From Moniliella sp. 'wahieum' (lineage: Eukaryota), in NCBI GenBank assembly GCA_003971905.1, contig RSEE01000017.1, forward strand, positions 248,001 to 312,000: a stretch of 64,000 nucleotides of DNA, in the 5' to 3' direction. The translations under genes were made by a program, and so were the position numbers. Below the pieces are notes generated by a model. That model did no database searches, was not told the DNA's origin, and saw nothing but the letters and a program-made list of their open reading frames with translations. Numbering within the stretch: the first letter of the stretch is position 1; each line of letters begins with the position of its first letter. Shown in pieces: positions 57,859 to 64,000 of this stretch.

Positions 57859-60800
57859 ATGCTTTCCCCGCCATCTGTCGACGCGACCCGGCGACGCCAG
57901 CACGGCATGACCAGCATGGCGAATGCCCCCGCATCTCCGAGATCCTTGTCGCAATCGCCAGCGGACTCCATACTGCCAGCAGCTCCCCTGACATCAGTGA
58001 TCACATCGACGCCCTCGAGCTCCTCTCCCTTACCCACGGCCTGACCTCGCGTCAGGCCCACGCAGTCCTGCGTCTCGCCATTGGCCGCGGTGATCGCGTC
58101 CCCGCCGTCCTTGCTTCCTCGCTTCCCCCCCAGGCATCGGTTGACTTGGTTCCGCACAAGACGCGCGTTCCTACTCAAACTGTTGGGCTTGCCCTCCTCC
58201 GTCTTCTGCGTCCTGCACCCACCACGCGGCTCGGCCCAGCCTTTGTTCGTGACGCGTTCGGCGCTCTTGGTCCCGATCCAGGGGTGCTCGAGTTTGGTGG
58301 GCCACGTGGACCACCCCTTTCGGAACGTACGCCCGAGGTGCCTTACCGCCCTCATGTTCCCATGCGTGTCCAAGCGGCGCTTGTCACGCTTCTCTTGCGT
58401 CTCTTGGCTGTGCCCCCACTTGTGTCTGTGGTAGGCGCCGAACATGTTTCTCTGCGCGTTCTTTCCCTTACCCATGATGCACGTACTGCGCTTTCAGATG
58501 GGTATGGAGTGCTGTTTCATTACCTTGACTACGCCACTCTTCGTCCTGCTTTGATCCGCCTGCTGGGCGCCATCACACGCAAACGACATGTGCGCCCAAA
58601 TCGGGTGACCAAGCTGCTTACGCTGCAAGTCAGGGACGCGGCTTTGGCACCGCAGATGACCAAAGAGGACACCACACCCTCTTGGTTGCTTCAGATTTTC
58701 GCGGGTACTACCCTGACTTAGTTATTGCCGGTCTTACGCGCGACGAGGAGCCCAAGACGTCGATGAACGCCGTTCTGGCTGCCGGGGCAGACGCCGCAGC
58801 TGCCGCTCAAACCGATCCTGCCTGGATCCTCGAGGTTATGGACATTGCTAGACGGCGATTCGACTCCAGCCTTGCGCCTCCTCTCCCAACGCGCGGTGGA
58901 CCACCCAAACGCAAGGCGGACGACCAGGCCCCCAGGACCGCATTGGAAGTGGAACAAGAAGCTCAAGAGTCCTTGGAATGGACTCGCAAGCGTCGTCGCA
59001 TTGCTCTTTTGCGTCGTGCGCTGACCCACACCGTCGATGGCAAGATTGATCTGGACGAGGTATACGCTCGGGCGGAACAGGAACTAGAGACTGAAGCCGC
59101 GGCCGGATGCCGCTGCTGCTGCAGGCCGAGGACGCGGTCGCGATGGCATTGCAGGCCGACGCGGGGGGATCGGGAGGGGTGGCTTGCGTGGCCGTCCCTC
59201 GGCCGCAGGCCCGGCAGCGGCAGGGCTAGGCACTCTGGTCGGCGGCGCACCGGGCGATCGTACGGGCGGGCTGCTGGCTCTGCTTCCTAGTGACACAGGC
59301 GCCTTTGGTGGGGAGAGCCGAGGAGCGCTGTTAACGGTGATTCGCGGGTTCCGCTCTCTGGGAAGGCGCTTGGACCGTCTCGCCCTCCCAGCTCGGATCG
59401 CTGTAGCGACATCGCCCGCCTTTGCAGGCTCCTGGCCACAGAGCCTTGTCCTGGCAGCCCGGTTGGCCGTGGTGGCAACGATGCTCAAGCCTGGCGATGC
59501 ACCTGAACGTTTGGGCGACTCGCTCGTCTCGGCGTTTGCTTTGGCCAAGACAGAGTGCGAGGTGCGGATGCAGACGCAGCAACAACCTGACCAGCAGAAA
59601 ACACAAGGGTTTGCCGAGGCCCATGGACCCCTTAGCGACCGCTGCGGGGTGGGGCGATGCTGTGGGGGAACTTCCGACGCTTGTGGTGGACTATTTGGAT
59701 CGCATGCTTGCCCATCTCGCCACCGTAGTCAATGCTGCTTCGGTCGATGGGTTTGCCGCACAATTGGCCGCCTCGGCCTCGCTGCGAGAAAGTGCGGCGC
59801 AGCTGGATGCATTGGTGGGACAAGTCCCCTTGGCCCAGCTGCTTCCGGCGCTGATCCCGCATATTGGATTGACCATCTCGGGTATGTCCTCCTCCCTTGC
59901 GTTTCTATATGACGGCTGCTGACCCTGTTGGAAGTGTCCAAGCTTGAACCCATCGTAGCGACGCTGCTAGAGCTGGTACACGCATCTGCCTCGCCCTGGT
60001 CCTGGCGCATGGCATCCGTGCGTGCCCTCACGGATCTTTTGAAGTCATGGACATACAACGCCCCCTGGGACCACTGGCTTGGCCTGGGGAAGGACAAGGT
60101 GTCCGTGCGATTTATGGCTGGGGGCCGATCCCAAATGCGCCCGATGGGAGACTCGCGGTGCTGTCTTCCGATCAACTTGAACCGCTGCTCCAAAACGTCG
60201 AAATTGTAGCAAAAGCGCTGATCGAGGGAAGCCACCACCTCTTTTTATCCCGACCGGATGCACTCTCCGCTCACGAAACGTTTTGCGATGCCTGGCAGAT
60301 CCTGCCTGAGGTTGCGGGCCTGCACTCGTCGATGATGTTGCGGCCGAGCGCGATTGGGCTTCATTTGCTCGCCCCACAAGTTGTCTCCCCTTCCAGGATG
60401 GCCGAGACGATTGATCGGTTGCGCCGGTCCTTTGAGCGCTGGGAGACTGTCGAGACGGCCCGTGCGACAGGCGGGGTGGTTCTCCCCGAGACGAATCCGA
60501 CCTTGGCGGACCTGCTGCCGGAGCTTCCGTTGACGCGGGGTGCTGTGCTTGGCCACACCTCTCCCTGCTCATGCAGCCAAGGAACTGCGAGATTACTACA
60601 GTGACGAAGCGCGGGCCAGCATCAATGCTTCGGTTGTCCTCTTGGCTGATTGCGTGTGGCGGATGAAAGGATTTGCGACAGCCGATGTGGATGTGGTACA
60701 GCCAACGTTAAAGCTGGATCCCTGGCAGGCCACCGAGACGGGGGTGTACTTTGGTCTGGGCCGACGCTTCTTTGACGATTACAACCGTCGTGCCGAGGAG

Positions 60801-61175
60801 CACGGTGTCGCGCCTGGGTCCGTTGGCTCGCTTGTCACAGGCCTCGCCTCCTTTGCCTTGGCAGAGCAATGTTTATGGTCCTTGCTCCCCGGTGAAGATG
60901 ACACTAAACGCCTTCCTTCCGGTCTCCCTTTACGTCCAACTCGCTTCGTCCTAGACGGGGACGAGCATCAGGGACGACTAATACGTACCAAGGCCCAGCT
61001 TGGAGCGAATTTCGTGGCCAGTTCCTCCGCTGGCTCGAGGCCCGTGGCGCCGGGGGCATGTACCTCCTCCTCTCTTCCATCATGTCTTCGCTCCGCCAAC
61101 TGCATGATGAGACGGCGCTGTCACAACCGCCTGCTCAAGCAGCCAGTCAGCCGTGAAGCGCAGTGTGGGGGTTGA
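57859..61175 (+). CDS. Inner kinetochore protein CENP-I (Mis6/Ctf3)-like; frameshifted, ends approximate
   Basis: AFGALG...PMRVQAALV and YGVLFHYLDYATLRPALIRLLGAITRKRHVRPNRVTKLLTL resemble the conserved Mis6-family N-terminal motif. A perfect MCB (ACGCGT) lies at 57819-57824. Confidence 0.7.
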
Positions 61176-63192
61176 CCTCTGTTGGCCTGGTGCCCGTGAT
61201 CTATTCGCTTTGTTACTTTCAGGAAGTGCGGAAGGGGATGCAATGATCTTAGAAAAGCGCGGCAGACAACCGTCATGAGAATGGACACATGGTATAGGCG
61301 ACCTAAGCTGCAGGAGCGAGGCCCGTTTGGTATATACGATGGAGCTCCGCCCTTCGGCGCGGAGGCAAAGAAGCGTGTGGTGGTGATTTTCACTAGCACC
61401 ACTCCCGGCTTCTCTCCAACCAGCAAAGAAGAACAATAGATCTGGGTAATGAGTGACGAGAAGAGATGGCTGCGCTCTCGCCTACTATACAAAAAAGTAT
61501 TGTTACTCATAGGACGTTGCCTGTTACGGGGCGCTCCGGTTATCTCCGGACGCTGAGCCCCGCATGTCGTAGACATCTCAGCCAACATGCGTTAGTTCGG
61601 TTAGACTAGCGAGAGAGAGCCAGTCGACACCTTATCTTTGCTGCGGATATCATCCGCGGCCCGCCATGGCCGCATGGGCTTATCGGTACGATGCTTTGTG
61701 CCTATTGCGTCCAGTCTTGTCAGAACCCTTCTTCCTCCTGCGCCCGACTGCGCAGCGTCAGCACCTTGGGAAGCAAGGGCTGTGTGCATTAGACTTTACC
61801 TTTCTAGGAAGTGCCCCGCATTCTGTCCATACCTGTCATGAGGCACTTGAGGCCTGGTTCCTTCTGCTGTATATAAGCAGCCATGTCTAAGGCTTGCTAG
61901 TTGTGGTCCTTACCGACCATCCTGTCTATTACCGTTTGGTCTCCCCGACTACCAGTTCCTCTCTCGCCCTTCCACCTTCTACCACCCTTACGCTTACGAA
62001 TTATGACTTACGTCGAGTGCACTGCAAGCCGCGGTTACTCTCATCAGTAGCGCTTGCTTCTTTAGGACTCTGCCCGTTCCCGCCTATTATACAGCTTACC
62101 GAGTGAGGTAACACCGCGAGGAACAGTGACTCCGGAAATCCTGGACCCCTTCAGTTGGTCTTCCGACCTACGTACGCGGCTCCTACCTCGGAGGGTCTGG
62201 ACTGCGGCCTTTGCACGCAGGCAGCCACCCAAACGAGAGGGTCTCTCCCTTGCCTCTACACCCTCCGTTCAACGTTCAACGTTCAACCAGGATCTGAAGC
62301 AGAACCGAGAACATACGTAACTCTAATGCCATGTCCAAGGGTTTTCACTCCTAAATTCTGGGGTCGGGCTCAGTCTCGGGGCTCGCGCCCCATAACAAAC
62401 CGCCTCCAATCCTTCCCACTCAAGGCTGTTAAAACGAGGACAGTGTCTACAGGGAGAAGAGAGAGAGGGGGAAGATGATGGATCTATTCCAAGAGATGAG
62501 CTCGTTACTAGGCCCGTTAGGGGCAGAAGTGTGAGAGCTGATCAAGGGAAATATGGCTCCACTGCTCATGGACTCGGTGGATCTTATCCAAAACAGAGAG
62601 GGTTCAGTGAAATGGACACTAGGGGGATAGGTTGGAGAGGAGAAGAAGGGGTTGGAGAAACATTTTGTAGCTGGCTAGTGTTGAGCTAGGTGGCTCGTGC
62701 TTTGGCCAATGTTCCTTCAGTTCCTCCTTAGGCATAGGAATTCCGCTGTTTCCCCTCTCATGTTTTCCTCATTGTCCTCGCAGATTAGCCCCTGACGGCG
62801 ACTCGCTCCTTGATGTTCCTCTGTAGGCATTGCTGGTTGCCGCCTCACCACCACCAGTGCGATAATTGCATCACCCTCGAGAATCATCAGGACTCCAGGT
62901 CTCATCAGCTAGCGCCCGTGACAAGGCGTGGAATATCACCCTTGACGCGATACGACAGGTAACTGCCTTGGCCCCACCCTGCGACCAAACACTCTCGATC
63001 CCGGCCATTGAAAGCTATACGTACTTTTAGTACGCCCCTGCTCGACTGAAAAGACGCAGCCGCTCCAGTGACTACGACACCGTTTGATCCCACTGTACCC
63101 CCCGCCCCCGAATCCCTCCGTATATAACCTCCTACCATCATCTCCTCACCTCTTCTTGCGCCAACACCACCACCACCACCACCACATCACCA

Positions 63193-64000
63193 ATGGAAGC
63201 GCACGCCTCCCACACCCGTCCCCCTGATGCCGCCCGCCGTCCGGCTCGTCTGACCCAATTCCTCCCTACGTTTCTTGCAGCCAACAGCCCCACCCAACCG
63301 CCCCCAAATCAACAGGTCCCGACCCAACAGCCCCCCGACCCAACAGCCCCAACCCAACAGCCCCCAACCCTGCCACCAGCCGCTTTCCCGCCCCTGGCCC
63401 GCGCTGGGGATGGGCCCATCTGCCGCATGAAGTTCTGCTGCAGGTCATGGAGACGGCTGCCACCATCAGCAGCGACCTGTTGCTTCCTTGCCTCCTCGTA
63501 TGCCGGGCGTGGAGTGCGGCCGCAGTCATCCCGCTCTGGCATCTCCCTCGTTTCCCCATCCGGATTCCTTGGACCGCTTCACCTCCGTCTTGGCCCAGTC
63601 CCAGACCCATTCTACTTTTATCCGTACCCCATTTTGGTTCGCAACCTCGACCTTTCCATTCTGCCGGATGATTTCCCACCGCTCCGAACCATGCACATGG
63701 ATAGCTTTAAACTGTGCACGCGCATGCAATCACTGGTCCTCAGCGAACCCCGCGAGCGACTCGTTGACGGATGTACAAGTCGCCACGCTGATCCTAGCCT
63801 CCCCATGCCTCTGCCACGTTCGTCTCTTACGCGTGGACAGTGTCGGTCCATCGACGATGGAGGCTTGACGTTGGCCCGTGGCTTGCAACGTCTCGAACTG
63901 AGTGACTGTGCGCTCGTTACGAGCACCATGGTGGCGCAAGTGGCACTGAAGTGTCCCCTTCTCAAAGAGGTCCACCTGGACGGCACCCACAACAATATGC
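63193..64000 (+). CDS. F-box/leucine-rich-repeat protein (Grr1-like), 5' part; runs off the window end
   Basis: F-box-like EVLLQVME...LLPCLLVCRAWSAAAVIPLW, then LVRNLDLS and LRR-like LQRLELSDCALVT..VAQVALKCPLLKEVHLDG. PTAP repeats near the N-terminus. Confidence 0.75.
   Translation, partial: MEAHASHTRPPDAARRPARLTQFLPTFLAANSPTQPPPNQQVPTQQPPDPTAPTQQPPTLPPAAFPPLARAGDGPICRMKFCCRSWRRLPPSAATCCFLASSYAGRGVRPQSSRSGISLVSPSGFLGPLHLRLGPVPDPFYFYPYPILVRNLDLSILPDDFPPLRTMHMDSFKLCTRMQSLVLSEPRERLVDGCTSRHADPSLPMPLPRSSLTRGQCRSIDDGGLTLARGLQRLELSDCALVTSTMVAQVALKCPLLKEVHLDGTHNNM

Noticed and set aside
62717..63141. Two short minus-strand ORFs upstream of the F-box gene
   Set aside because: They are short, stop-interrupted and lack motif support.

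Overview
Gene-dense, GC-rich, intron-containing fungal DNA. It looks basidiomycete, possibly Ustilaginomycotina, but that is an inference from protein style and gene content. Most genes carry single-base indel frameshifts that look like long-read consensus errors, so gene boundaries are approximate. About 19 host genes can be read: an EH-domain endocytic protein (partial), fibrillarin, an Mtf1-like methyltransferase fold, POL12, HGH1, ARL2, a MYST acetyltransferase, an NAD(P)-binding protein, an HSP20-domain protein, an Lte1-like RasGEF, a DPBB expansin-like protein, UBR7/mlo2, an EEPKA-repeat protein, RPL12, an ISWI remodeller, a metacaspase, CENP-I/Mis6, an F-box/LRR protein (partial) and a weak orphan candidate. 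The mobile DNA is the most interesting part. (1) A very young 3.75-kb chromovirus-type LTR element (43692-47442, TSD GATAC) encodes Gag, a Pro/Gln repeat linker, integrase and a chromodomain, with no protease, RT or RNase H, yet keeps a Tf1-like self-priming site and a U5-leader stem. (2) An intron-containing Crypton-like tyrosine recombinase lies at about 36.1-38.4 kb. (3) Solo LTRs of two families are nested at 23.4-23.8 kb, and a chromovirus relic lies at 42.3-42.9 kb. Intergenic regions also carry a recurring class of 7-bp-period arrays built from a 4-bp palindrome plus a T-N-A spacer.
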